Positions 1 through 8,434 of a DNA stretch of 23,745 nt are shown here, piece by piece. Both the position numbers and the translations under genes were made by a program. The stretch's first letter is position 1; every line of letters starts with the position of its first letter. The stretch spans positions 1 through 23,745 of the forward strand of contig JAEOSZ010000008.1 in NCBI GenBank assembly GCA_016840095.1, in the 5' to 3' direction. Source of the stretch: Candidatus Heimdallarchaeota archaeon. GTDB lineage: Archaea; Asgardarchaeota; Heimdallarchaeia; Heimdallarchaeales; Heimdallarchaeaceae. The notes below the pieces were generated by a model that worked only from the letters and a program-made list of their open reading frames with translations, did not search any database and had not been told where the DNA came from.

Positions 1-561
1 AACTTTCTTAACAGAATTGTTTTCCACTTTAATGTTATTCACTGATTCTTTGAAGAAATATTCTGCTCCTTGAAGCTTAGATTGTTTTTCCATTACAGAC
101 AGAGTTTTCAAAGGTGAAGAATTTCCATCTTCTGGAGAATAAGTTCCTCCCCTAAGACTTTCCTCTTCAATTCCAGGTACTAGTTCCATTATTTTATCTG
201 TATCAACCCAGTTGATATTCAAACCTGCTTCCTTCTGTATCTTCAGATTATCCTTCATGAGTTGTTCGTGGTCTTCATTATATGCAACAAACGTATATCC
301 ACCTTGGAACCATTCAACATCATGTCCATACTTCTTCTCCCAGTTTGAAACCATATCTATGGAATCTTGACACAGTAGAATCTTTGAAGCATTAGTGTGT
401 GTTGCTCTTATTCCACCAATAGCCTTCTTATTCTGACCTTGACCGACAGAAGGTAGAGATTCAATTACTGCAACTTTCAATCCAGCTTTAGTTATTGCAT
501 ATGCCGCTGGAACACCTATACTTCCAGCTCCAATTATCAAGACGTCATATCTCTTATCCAT
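1..561 (-). CDS. FAD-dependent oxidoreductase, DAO/sarcosine oxidase beta / L-proline dehydrogenase beta-like subunit (3' end runs off the window)
   Basis: Not in the ORF track. Manual translation from ATG at 561 gives MDKRYDVLIIGAGSIGVPAAYAITKAGLKVAVIE...GQNKKAIGGIRATH, a GxGxxG Rossmann fold. It starts 1 nt after the stop of the upstream gene. Confidence 0.85.
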   Translation of the reverse strand, partial: MDKRYDVLIIGAGSIGVPAAYAITKAGLKVAVIESLPSVGQGQNKKAIGGIRATHTNASKILLCQDSIDMVSNWEKKYGHDVEWFQGGYTFVAYNEDHEQLMKDNLKIQKEAGLNINWVDTDKIMELVPGIEEESLRGGTYSPEDGNSSPLKTLSVMEKQSKLQGAEYFFKESVNNIKVENNSVKKV

Positions 562-562
562 T

Positions 563-2653
563 TTACTCGTCCTCCTCAGATCCTGTGAAATATCTCAAAG
601 GTACTTCAATGAATAGCGGTCTTTGTACAAATGGTGTTATTTCATCAAAAGCAATTCCTTCTTCTCTGAATAATTTGTCTATCAGTTTTGAACATGTTTT
701 AGCTCCACAAGCTCCCATTCCTATTTTCGTTATTGCCTTCAATTCATTAGCATCAATTATTCCTTGTTTTATTAGCTCTCTTATCTCACCAGCTGTTATT
801 CTCTCACATCGACAGATTATAGCTTCATCTGGAATAATTTCTTGAAACTTCTCAATTTCCTTCATTTTGAAATCTTTGGAAATCTTGAAAGATACAGCTT
901 TCAAAGCTACTTCCTTTGGCAGCTTCACTGTGACCAATTGTGTTTTGGGATATTTTTTAAGAGTTCGAACTTTCTCTACTTTCTGAATCCCCAAATCATT
1001 TCCATCCTCATCAACTACAATTAGTTCTTCTCCTTCCTCAATTTTACGGACGAATACTTCAGTAGGAATTGTAACTTTAGGTTGATTGGAATCTTCTCTA
1101 TAATCTACGAGTGTAGCTGCTAAACCTGGACAAACAGCAACACATTGAGCACAGCCTATACACTCCACATCTTTTTGTTGAAACTCAGGTAAACCTAGAA
1201 TTCCTCCTTCTGGAATCACAATTAACTCTTTTGGACAAACTGATGTACAAGGATTACAAGGTATCTCTTGGTTACAATGAAAGACTGGATAGACTCCTAC
1301 TTCTTCAATCGGTTTTTCTCGTTTAATTACAGGACCAGGATGACTCTTAAGAATTTCAGCCTTCTCTTCCCATTCTGTCGGAACGTCTTCATCTGTCAAT
1401 CCCAAAGATTTACCAATTTTCATACCTGATATCTTTCCGCTGAACATTGCAGATGAAGCTTCAGCTATCTCTAAAGCATCACCAGCTGCCCAAACATCCA
1501 AACCAAATTCTTTTGCTTTTGTGTAAAATTCATCCACTGGATCAAGACCAATTGCGATAAGAACTGTATCAACTTCGAAAGTTCTTTCTGTTCCTTTTAT
1601 AGGTTGAAATTTTTCATCTATTTCGGAAATAGTAACTGATTCAACATGATTCTTTCCATGAACTGCAACAACTGTATGACGAGTGAAAATGGGAACATTC
1701 AATCTTCTGAGTTTATCTTCATGTACTTTATATCCACCACATTTAGGTAGAGCTTCTACTAATCCCACTACTTCAATACCAGCTTGGATAGCATGGTAAC
1801 CAGCAATAATACCAACATTACCTCCACCAATGATGAAAATCTTTTCACTTGATTTTACTAAATCTCTGTTTACTAATGTCTGAAATGCTCCTGCCCCATA
1901 TACACCAGGAAGAGAGTTACCTGGAAAAGCAAGCATCTTCTCCCGTGCTCCAGTAGCTACTAATAATTTCTTAGGATTTATATGAACATACTTTTCCTTT
2001 TTCAAAACTCCAACAAGTTTATCTGAAAAGACAGCAATACAGGGGCTATCGAGCCAGATTTCAATGTTTTCAAACTCCTTTAATTGGTCTTCAAGAATCT
2101 TTGCAATATCAATTCCTCGAGTCCCAGCAAAGGAATCTTTCACTGATCCAAAGAATTTGTGCGTCTGTAGGAGAAGCTTTCCTCCCAACTTATCTTTATC
2201 ATCAATGAGTATAATCTTAGCTCCTAACTTTCCTAATGTAAGAGCTGCTTGTAATCCAGCAGGACCAGCTCCAATTATCAGAACATCAGTATCTATTGTT
2301 GGAATTGGTTTGAATACAACTTTTTCATTGTCATCAGGTAAAGGAGGATAATCATTAACACTTTCTATTTTCTGTCCTTCTTCCAAAGGTGTCATGCAAG
2401 ATTTGAGAGCTAATCCATCAACAAGAACTGTACATTGAGCACATTGTCCATTTGCACAAAAAATACCTAGAGGTGCTTTATCTTTAGGATGATTTCCAAA
2501 AATCTGGATTCCATTGGCTATTAGAGCGGAGGATATCATCTCTCCCCTTTTTCCAAAGAATTCCTTACCATCAAAGGTAAATTTAGTTAACTCATACTCT
2601 TCTTCGTCTAGAATTGGATGCTCCTTTATTCTTCTCTGTTGGTTGGAAAACAT
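563..2653 (-). CDS. Multidomain FAD/NAD(P) oxidoreductase: 2Fe-2S + pyridine nucleotide-disulfide oxidoreductase + 4Fe-4S dicluster + BFD-like 2Fe-2S (proline dehydrogenase/sarcosine oxidase alpha-type)
   Basis: FCANGQCAQC...SC (2Fe-2S); IIGAGPAGL and IIGGGNVG (FAD/NAD); CNPCTSVCP and CIGCAQCVAVCPG (4Fe-4S); ICRCE...GMGACGAKTC (BFD-like). Confidence 0.88.
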   Translation of the reverse strand: MFSNQQRRIKEHPILDEEEYELTKFTFDGKEFFGKRGEMISSALIANGIQIFGNHPKDKAPLGIFCANGQCAQCTVLVDGLALKSCMTPLEEGQKIESVNDYPPLPDDNEKVVFKPIPTIDTDVLIIGAGPAGLQAALTLGKLGAKIILIDDKDKLGGKLLLQTHKFFGSVKDSFAGTRGIDIAKILEDQLKEFENIEIWLDSPCIAVFSDKLVGVLKKEKYVHINPKKLLVATGAREKMLAFPGNSLPGVYGAGAFQTLVNRDLVKSSEKIFIIGGGNVGIIAGYHAIQAGIEVVGLVEALPKCGGYKVHEDKLRRLNVPIFTRHTVVAVHGKNHVESVTISEIDEKFQPIKGTERTFEVDTVLIAIGLDPVDEFYTKAKEFGLDVWAAGDALEIAEASSAMFSGKISGMKIGKSLGLTDEDVPTEWEEKAEILKSHPGPVIKREKPIEEVGVYPVFHCNQEIPCNPCTSVCPKELIVIPEGGILGLPEFQQKDVECIGCAQCVAVCPGLAATLVDYREDSNQPKVTIPTEVFVRKIEEGEELIVVDEDGNDLGIQKVEKVRTLKKYPKTQLVTVKLPKEVALKAVSFKISKDFKMKEIEKFQEIIPDEAIICRCERITAGEIRELIKQGIIDANELKAITKIGMGACGAKTCSKLIDKLFREEGIAFDEITPFVQRPLFIEVPLRYFTGSEEDE

Positions 2654-2728
2654 TGATTCACCTAGTGAAATTCAATTCAGATTTTCCCAAATCTGTTATA
2701 AATCTTCAGACATGGACTTTGTTGATAG

Positions 2729-5692
2729 CTAATAATAAGACTTTCTCCTACGAATGAAGAATTTGTATGTTTCAAGCGTTACTAAAGGTATAGCTATTGC
2801 TATTAACACCACCAGCCAGTCAACTATCCCTAAAGGTATGAACTCAGGTAAGAAGGGGAAAATCTTCCCAACTAAAAGCTGGAGAGGTTTGATATACATT
2901 AGCAGAATATGAAGAATTGGTACAATGAACACTAAAATGAAGACAATCCATTTTCTATCTTCTTTGAACGTTCGAAAGACAGACTTATTCAATCTTCTCA
3001 AACTTAAAACAACAAGACTTTCAGCTATAACAAGAACTGTGACAAACATTGTTCTTGCTTTAGCATGTCCAAAATTGATAGGAGAAGAGATACTTGAACC
3101 AGGATCACCGCGGAGAATTGGAAGGATTCCAGTGAGGTTAAAATCAGTAATCTGAAGAATATTGAGATATCCAAATAGATATACAATTCCTCCAGAGAAA
3201 GCAAGTGTCAAAGCTAGAACAACTAGAGCTAAAACATACCTTTTATTGAAAATTTCTTCATCATCTCTAGGAGGATAATCCATTATCTCATCTGCAATAC
3301 TATCGAAGATAAAAGCAAATGGTGGTATTAGATGTGCGGTAGAGAAAATATAAACACGCTGGAAGTCATTAACAATATGAAATCCTGTGATGAAAGAACT
3401 AGCAAAATAAAGGATAGCTTCAGCAATGTTGAGAGTAATGTAAAAGAAAATCATAACACGAATACGATCAAACAATCCACGACCTTCACGTATACCTAAA
3501 ACAGTACTAGTAAAACTATCATCAGCAATGACTACATCAGAAGCTTGTTTAGCAACTTCAGTACCAGCGATGCCCATACAAATTCCAACATCAGCATTGG
3601 TCAAAGCCAATGCATCGTTGACACCGTCGCCTGTCATTGATACAATTTTGTTTATTCCCTGATACTTCCCTACTATTGTCTGTTTGTGTTGTGGAGAAAC
3701 TCTAGCAAAAATTCTTGTATTGAAGAACTCCTTATCAGTTAATTTCTTTATTTGATTCCCTTCTACTGCTAATTCTCCTCCTCTTATCATCCCTACTTCT
3801 TTTGCTATTGCTTTTGCAGTTACTGGACTATCTCCAGTTATCATTATTGGTGTTATTCCTGCTTGATAACATTCTTCGACTGCATTTTTCACTCCATATC
3901 TTGGTGGATCTAACATACATACAAAACCGTTGTATATCAGCTCACTTTCTGCTTCTGCTCTGCTACTTGGTATAATCGTATCTGCTTCCATTGGTCGCAG
4001 TGCTAGAGATATTACTCTGTATCCTTGAGCTGCAAATTTTGTTACATGTTCCATTATCTTTTCTTTGTCTTGTTTTGTAATTTCTCTATTATTTTCTGGT
4101 CTTCCTATATGGGTACATAATGGTAGTACTGTTTCACTTGCTCCTTTGCAGAACAATGTATATCCTTCCGTATCTTGGAAAGTTTTACTCATTCTTTTGA
4201 GCACAGAATCAAAATTAAATTCTGATAGATATCCATATTGTTTTCTTACTTCTTTCTCTATAATTCCTGATTTGTTAAACAGTGCAAGAAACGCTCCATC
4301 TGTTGGATCTCCAGTAGTCTTCCATGATATCTGATGGTGAGGTTCAAACACTTCCTCAACAATTAAATGAGCATTATTATTGAGTAATCCTCCAATTAGC
4401 AAATATTCTAATTCTGAATCTTCTGCAAATGGTTTAAGCGAATCTGGCAGGTGATATTCATCAAATGATTCTGGGTACTCTTCTCCAAGAGGATAAATCG
4501 CTCCTTTGCTACTATAACCAACACCTGATACGCCGTAAAATTGATCTGTATCCCATATTCTTTGAATGGTCATCTGGTTTGAGGTTATTGTTCCTGTTTT
4601 ATCACTGCATAAGATTGAACTTCTCCCTAAAGTTTCAACGGCTGATAAGTTCCTGATGATCACTCTATCTTTAGCCATTGATAATACTCCTGTGAGAAGA
4701 ATTAATGTTGTTAATAGGGGAATACTAATGGGCATAATTGCCATCGATGTTGTTACTGATATTACTATATCCTCTAGAAATGCAATATCTCCTAGAGTTC
4801 CATCAATGGAATGTAATATTGATTTGTATACAACTGAAACAACAAGAAAGGCTACAACTGCTAATCCAAGCCATTTCGCTAACCTATTAACTTTAGAACG
4901 AATTGGGATTTCATTTGAACCTATCTCTTGAAGTTCTGTTGACAATTTTCCTAATTCAGTATAAACTCCAGTACTTGTTACTATAGCTATTGCTCTTCCC
5001 ACTTCTAGAAAAGTTCCTGTATAGAGCATGTTTACTCTTTGAGAAATTGGTGTATCTTCTTCGAGACATTCTTGTGGAGTGTTTGTTTTCTCTACTGCTA
5101 CAGATTCACCTGTAAGTGCACTTTCATTTACCAAGCAATTACTCGCATAAATAATCCGAGCATCAGCAGGTACTCTGTCTCCTTGATCTAATTCTATCAA
5201 ATCTCCAGGAACAAGTAAATCAGCTGTAATACTTTCAGGAACTCCATCTCTAATAACTGTAGATGATGGGGCTGACAGCTTATGTAACGCATCAAGTTTG
5301 AATTGAGCCCTAATTTGCTGAAATATTGTAAATACTATGTTTGCACCTATTATAGCCATCCAGAAACCTATTTGACTCCAAACATCTCCGGAATCAGCTT
5401 TATACACAAATGCTTTGATTAAACCTAAAATGACCATAATTAGAGCAACTATTAGATAAATATTGATTAACCAATTGAGAAGAGGGGAGATATAGACATC
5501 CCATATTGAACCTTTTACCTTAGGAATTACATTGGTTCCGTACTGTTCCAGTCTTTGCTCAGCAATCTCATGCTTAAGACCAAATTTGATATCGGTTTCT
5601 AGCCCATAAGTTATCTTGTCTATTGTTGCATTATGTGGACAAATTTCTATTTGTTCATCATATGTCTGCTTTTTTTTCCCCATGATGTTCAA
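2729..5692 (-). CDS. P-type ATPase, P2-like scaffold with atypical membrane ion-binding residues; substrate unknown
   Basis: PGD, LTGES, CSDKTGT, GDPTD, KGA, DPPR, MITGD and TGDGVND motifs; about 10 TM segments; M4 reads PISIP instead of PEGLP. Confidence 0.93.
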   Translation of the reverse strand: MNIMGKKKQTYDEQIEICPHNATIDKITYGLETDIKFGLKHEIAEQRLEQYGTNVIPKVKGSIWDVYISPLLNWLINIYLIVALIMVILGLIKAFVYKADSGDVWSQIGFWMAIIGANIVFTIFQQIRAQFKLDALHKLSAPSSTVIRDGVPESITADLLVPGDLIELDQGDRVPADARIIYASNCLVNESALTGESVAVEKTNTPQECLEEDTPISQRVNMLYTGTFLEVGRAIAIVTSTGVYTELGKLSTELQEIGSNEIPIRSKVNRLAKWLGLAVVAFLVVSVVYKSILHSIDGTLGDIAFLEDIVISVTTSMAIMPISIPLLTTLILLTGVLSMAKDRVIIRNLSAVETLGRSSILCSDKTGTITSNQMTIQRIWDTDQFYGVSGVGYSSKGAIYPLGEEYPESFDEYHLPDSLKPFAEDSELEYLLIGGLLNNNAHLIVEEVFEPHHQISWKTTGDPTDGAFLALFNKSGIIEKEVRKQYGYLSEFNFDSVLKRMSKTFQDTEGYTLFCKGASETVLPLCTHIGRPENNREITKQDKEKIMEHVTKFAAQGYRVISLALRPMEADTIIPSSRAEAESELIYNGFVCMLDPPRYGVKNAVEECYQAGITPIMITGDSPVTAKAIAKEVGMIRGGELAVEGNQIKKLTDKEFFNTRIFARVSPQHKQTIVGKYQGINKIVSMTGDGVNDALALTNADVGICMGIAGTEVAKQASDVVIADDSFTSTVLGIREGRGLFDRIRVMIFFYITLNIAEAILYFASSFITGFHIVNDFQRVYIFSTAHLIPPFAFIFDSIADEIMDYPPRDDEEIFNKRYVLALVVLALTLAFSGGIVYLFGYLNILQITDFNLTGILPILRGDPGSSISSPINFGHAKARTMFVTVLVIAESLVVLSLRRLNKSVFRTFKEDRKWIVFILVFIVPILHILLMYIKPLQLLVGKIFPFLPEFIPLGIVDWLVVLIAIAIPLVTLETYKFFIRRRKSYY

Positions 5693-5848
5693 CCAATATT
5701 ACAGTTACAGAATATAATTATACATCAAGTATAAATCTTTAACGCGAAAATGAAGTAATCGCATTCTTTATATCTTGAGCAAAGTTTAAGAAAACTATCA
5801 CAAATTGGTTATCATATAAAACCTATAACAAATAAACGAGAGATTACA

Positions 5849-6661
5849 ATGAGTGAGCAACCATCCGGTCCTCCAACTGGTCCTCCAACTGGTCCAACAG
5901 GTTTACCTCCACGAGGTCCAATGTTTATGAGGGATGAATATCAAAACCTTATTGATGAATTTACTAAAGACGTTAAAGCTGATTTGAAGAATGAAGTAGA
6001 TTGTCTTCTTCTAGTAGGAAGTGTTGTTACTAAAGAACACATTGCAGGAGAATCAGACTGTGATTTTGTGATGATTCTCAAAGACAAAGCAGCTGGAGAT
6101 AACTTAGAGAAAACCATGGAGAAGATTAGTGAAGTTGTTGCACATTATTTAGAAGATCCTCTATATAGTTCTCTTCTAGATGTGGAAGTATTAACAAGCG
6201 AAGAAATCCCCACTGATGGAGTAGAAACTGATTATCCTTGGACAAGAGTTCTTGTTGCTCAGATGGGTAAAACTCTGATTGGGAAAAATCCATTTGAAAA
6301 GGTAAAATTAAAAGAAGAGGATATCAAAAAGTCAGCAAAACAAATGGCAGAAATGTTCCTCGAACAAATGGTTGAGATTCCTAAATTGAGTGAAGAGGAA
6401 GCAGATGAATATGATAAACTCTATCTTACTGTTGATGCTGTTTTAGGCTGTGGTTGTGCTTATCTTTATTACCACGGTGAGAAGGAATTTTACAGAAGTT
6501 CTGCTATTATCTTATTTGAAGATAAATACAAAGATAAGATTAACATTGAACCCATTCAGATTAGTCACAGATTACGATTAGCTGCAAAGACAGTAAATAC
6601 AGATAAATTTACTGAAAAATCACTAAAATTCTGTAAAGAAGTTGTTAAACAACTTACATAG
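5849..6661 (+). CDS. Pol-beta superfamily nucleotidyltransferase with Pro-rich N-terminus and helical C-terminal domain
   Basis: LLVGSVV...GESDCDFVMIL (GS + DxD) and a third carboxylate in LDVEVL. Confidence 0.75.
   Translation: MSEQPSGPPTGPPTGPTGLPPRGPMFMRDEYQNLIDEFTKDVKADLKNEVDCLLLVGSVVTKEHIAGESDCDFVMILKDKAAGDNLEKTMEKISEVVAHYLEDPLYSSLLDVEVLTSEEIPTDGVETDYPWTRVLVAQMGKTLIGKNPFEKVKLKEEDIKKSAKQMAEMFLEQMVEIPKLSEEEADEYDKLYLTVDAVLGCGCAYLYYHGEKEFYRSSAIILFEDKYKDKINIEPIQISHRLRLAAKTVNTDKFTEKSLKFCKEVVKQLT
5867..5895 (+). repeat. 12-bp coding tandem repeat GGTCCTCCAACT x2.4 (GPPT repeats)
   Basis: ggtcctccaact ggtcctccaact ggtcc read directly from the sequence. Confidence 0.85.
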
Positions 6662-6674
6662 GAAGGATGAGAAT

Positions 6675-7331
6675 ATGTCAGTTCAGCCTAGAATCGATAT
6701 GCTTGTTCAAAGTGTCGAGAGTGCTTTGATACTTATGAGCGGAGAATCTGGAACTACAAAAGAAAAGCTAGCTCAAAGGTATATTGAAGATGGACTCACT
6801 AATGGTGATACAATTCTAATTGTTCTTTTTGCTTCTTCAGTCGATGACTTCATCAAAGAACTTAAACCAAATATTACAGGTCTAAAAACACACATCGATA
6901 CAGGAAGAATTCATTTCATAGATTCAATCTCATATAGATCATTCCCTGAAGAATTGCCAAAAAATACTTTTTACTTAGATCATGCAAGTGATTTACTTAC
7001 ACTCTCTGTTACAATCGATGATTTATCTGAAAAAACTAAAAATCTCAGGATTGTTTTTGATCAATTAGCAATTTTAATGTTATACAATAAGCCAATGCAA
7101 GTACTGAACTTCTTACAAACTCTTGTAGCTAGAATAAGAACAAGAAAGCAATCAGCTCTTTTACTACTTGATTCAGGAGTTATAGATGAACAAACAGAAA
7201 ATACTCTCCATACAATTGTTGATATAGTAGTAGAAACAAAACGAGAGGATGAACCTGAAGGCCTTCAACAACTTGTAAGAATCAAGTTTGCTAAAGGTGA
7301 TTTTGAGCCAAGATGGGTTCAAGTTCTTTGA
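6675..7331 (+). CDS. KaiC/GvpD/RAD55-family RecA-fold protein, probably catalytically inactive
   Basis: ILMSGESGTTKE (degenerate Walker A), IHFIDSISY, RIVFDQL (Walker B-like), IVDIVVE, VRIKFAKG. Start placed at ATG 6675 after GGAAGGA, which avoids overlap with the upstream gene. Confidence 0.72.
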   Translation: MSVQPRIDMLVQSVESALILMSGESGTTKEKLAQRYIEDGLTNGDTILIVLFASSVDDFIKELKPNITGLKTHIDTGRIHFIDSISYRSFPEELPKNTFYLDHASDLLTLSVTIDDLSEKTKNLRIVFDQLAILMLYNKPMQVLNFLQTLVARIRTRKQSALLLLDSGVIDEQTENTLHTIVDIVVETKREDEPEGLQQLVRIKFAKGDFEPRWVQVL

Positions 7332-7357
7332 ACTATTACTTTTTACCCATTTTGCAT

Positions 7358-8374
7358 TCATTTTTTGAATCTAAAATATCCCAAGAGAATAACTGTTGCT
7401 CCAAAGAAGCTTAAACCTATAATGAAAGCTGTTAAAACCCACCCTTTTTCTTCTACTTCTTCTGGAGATAGAAGAGCAAGTAAGTCATATTCTATCATAT
7501 CAATGTAGGTGAAGACATTATTTATTCCAAGGAGTGGTGTAAGTTTTGCTAGTTTCGCATTTGTATCTCTAGCAATTTGAAAAATTAGTCTTTCCTCTAT
7601 TTGAGGTTGAGTTACTATAATTGAAACATTTTCCGTTATCATTGTATTAACGATTTCTTCAATGTGTTGAGCTGATGGTTCAGATCCTTCATGTTCTTCA
7701 ATAACGCCCATTCTCTCAATTCCCAATAAATTCAAAAGATAGAGAAAAGATGGATGGTGTACAACTACTCTTAATCCTATAGTCTGATTATAGGGAGCTT
7801 CTTGTATATCTAACAGCAAATTATCAAGCTCCACAAGATAACTATCTCGGTTTGTTTCATATTCTGCTTGGTGAGCTATGTCAAGTAAAACAACTTCTGT
7901 AGTTATATTATGAACGAAATTCTTAACATAGTTTGGATCCATCCACAAATGAGGATTCTTATCACCTGTCAATGGATCAGTTTCCATCATATCATAAGTA
8001 GCTAATTCTAATACATTTAAACTTGAATATTCTGAAGCATCTAAGTCTATCCAAGATTCTAAACCTGGTAAACCCATGATTATGAAAAGATCAGATTCTA
8101 GAATCATCTTGATATCACTTGGCAACAGCTCAAATGTATGAGGGTCCTCTCCCCCTGTAACAACAGCTGCGGGAACAAATAGACCTTCACCAATTTCAGT
8201 TGCCCAGTCAGCGATTACCGATATACTTGCAACAACTTTGATTTCACCCGTAGGTTCATCTGCATACCTTAAAACAGCATCTATTTCTAAAACATTTCCA
8301 GAAACAGCTGATGCTGTAAATAGTATCATTAACACTGTACTAAAGCAGGCAATTCTTCCTAATTGGAGGTTCAT
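7358..8374 (-). CDS. znuA: Zn/Mn ABC transporter substrate-binding protein (ZnuA/TroA family) with C-terminal membrane anchor
   Basis: N-terminal signal peptide; EDPHTFE, NPHLWMDP, VHHPSFLYL, EPSAQHI; C-terminal TM helix followed by RFKK. Confidence 0.87.
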   Translation of the reverse strand: MNLQLGRIACFSTVLMILFTASAVSGNVLEIDAVLRYADEPTGEIKVVASISVIADWATEIGEGLFVPAAVVTGGEDPHTFELLPSDIKMILESDLFIIMGLPGLESWIDLDASEYSSLNVLELATYDMMETDPLTGDKNPHLWMDPNYVKNFVHNITTEVVLLDIAHQAEYETNRDSYLVELDNLLLDIQEAPYNQTIGLRVVVHHPSFLYLLNLLGIERMGVIEEHEGSEPSAQHIEEIVNTMITENVSIIVTQPQIEERLIFQIARDTNAKLAKLTPLLGINNVFTYIDMIEYDLLALLSPEEVEEKGWVLTAFIIGLSFFGATVILLGYFRFKK

Positions 8375-8434
8375 TCAAATTACTTTCCTTCTAACTTATT
8401 TATTATTTGTCGTTAAACCACAATTAACAAATAG

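Noticed and set aside
2654-2728. P-type ATPase co-transcribed with, and functionally tied to, the dehydrogenase operon
   Set aside because: The 75-bp gap has its own TATA-like TTTATAA (about 2696-2702, minus strand); co-orientation alone is not evidence.
495-4931. Plus-strand ORFs 495-845, 842-1024, 2064-2351, 2514-2732, 2925-3155, 4065-4334, 4465-4656, 4566-4931
   Set aside because: Antisense shadows of well-supported minus-strand genes, with no motifs.
5849-7331. MNT-HEPN toxin-antitoxin or CBASS system
   Set aside because: No RxxxxH HEPN motif, no recognisable CBASS effector or Cap genes; the partner is RecA/KaiC-fold.
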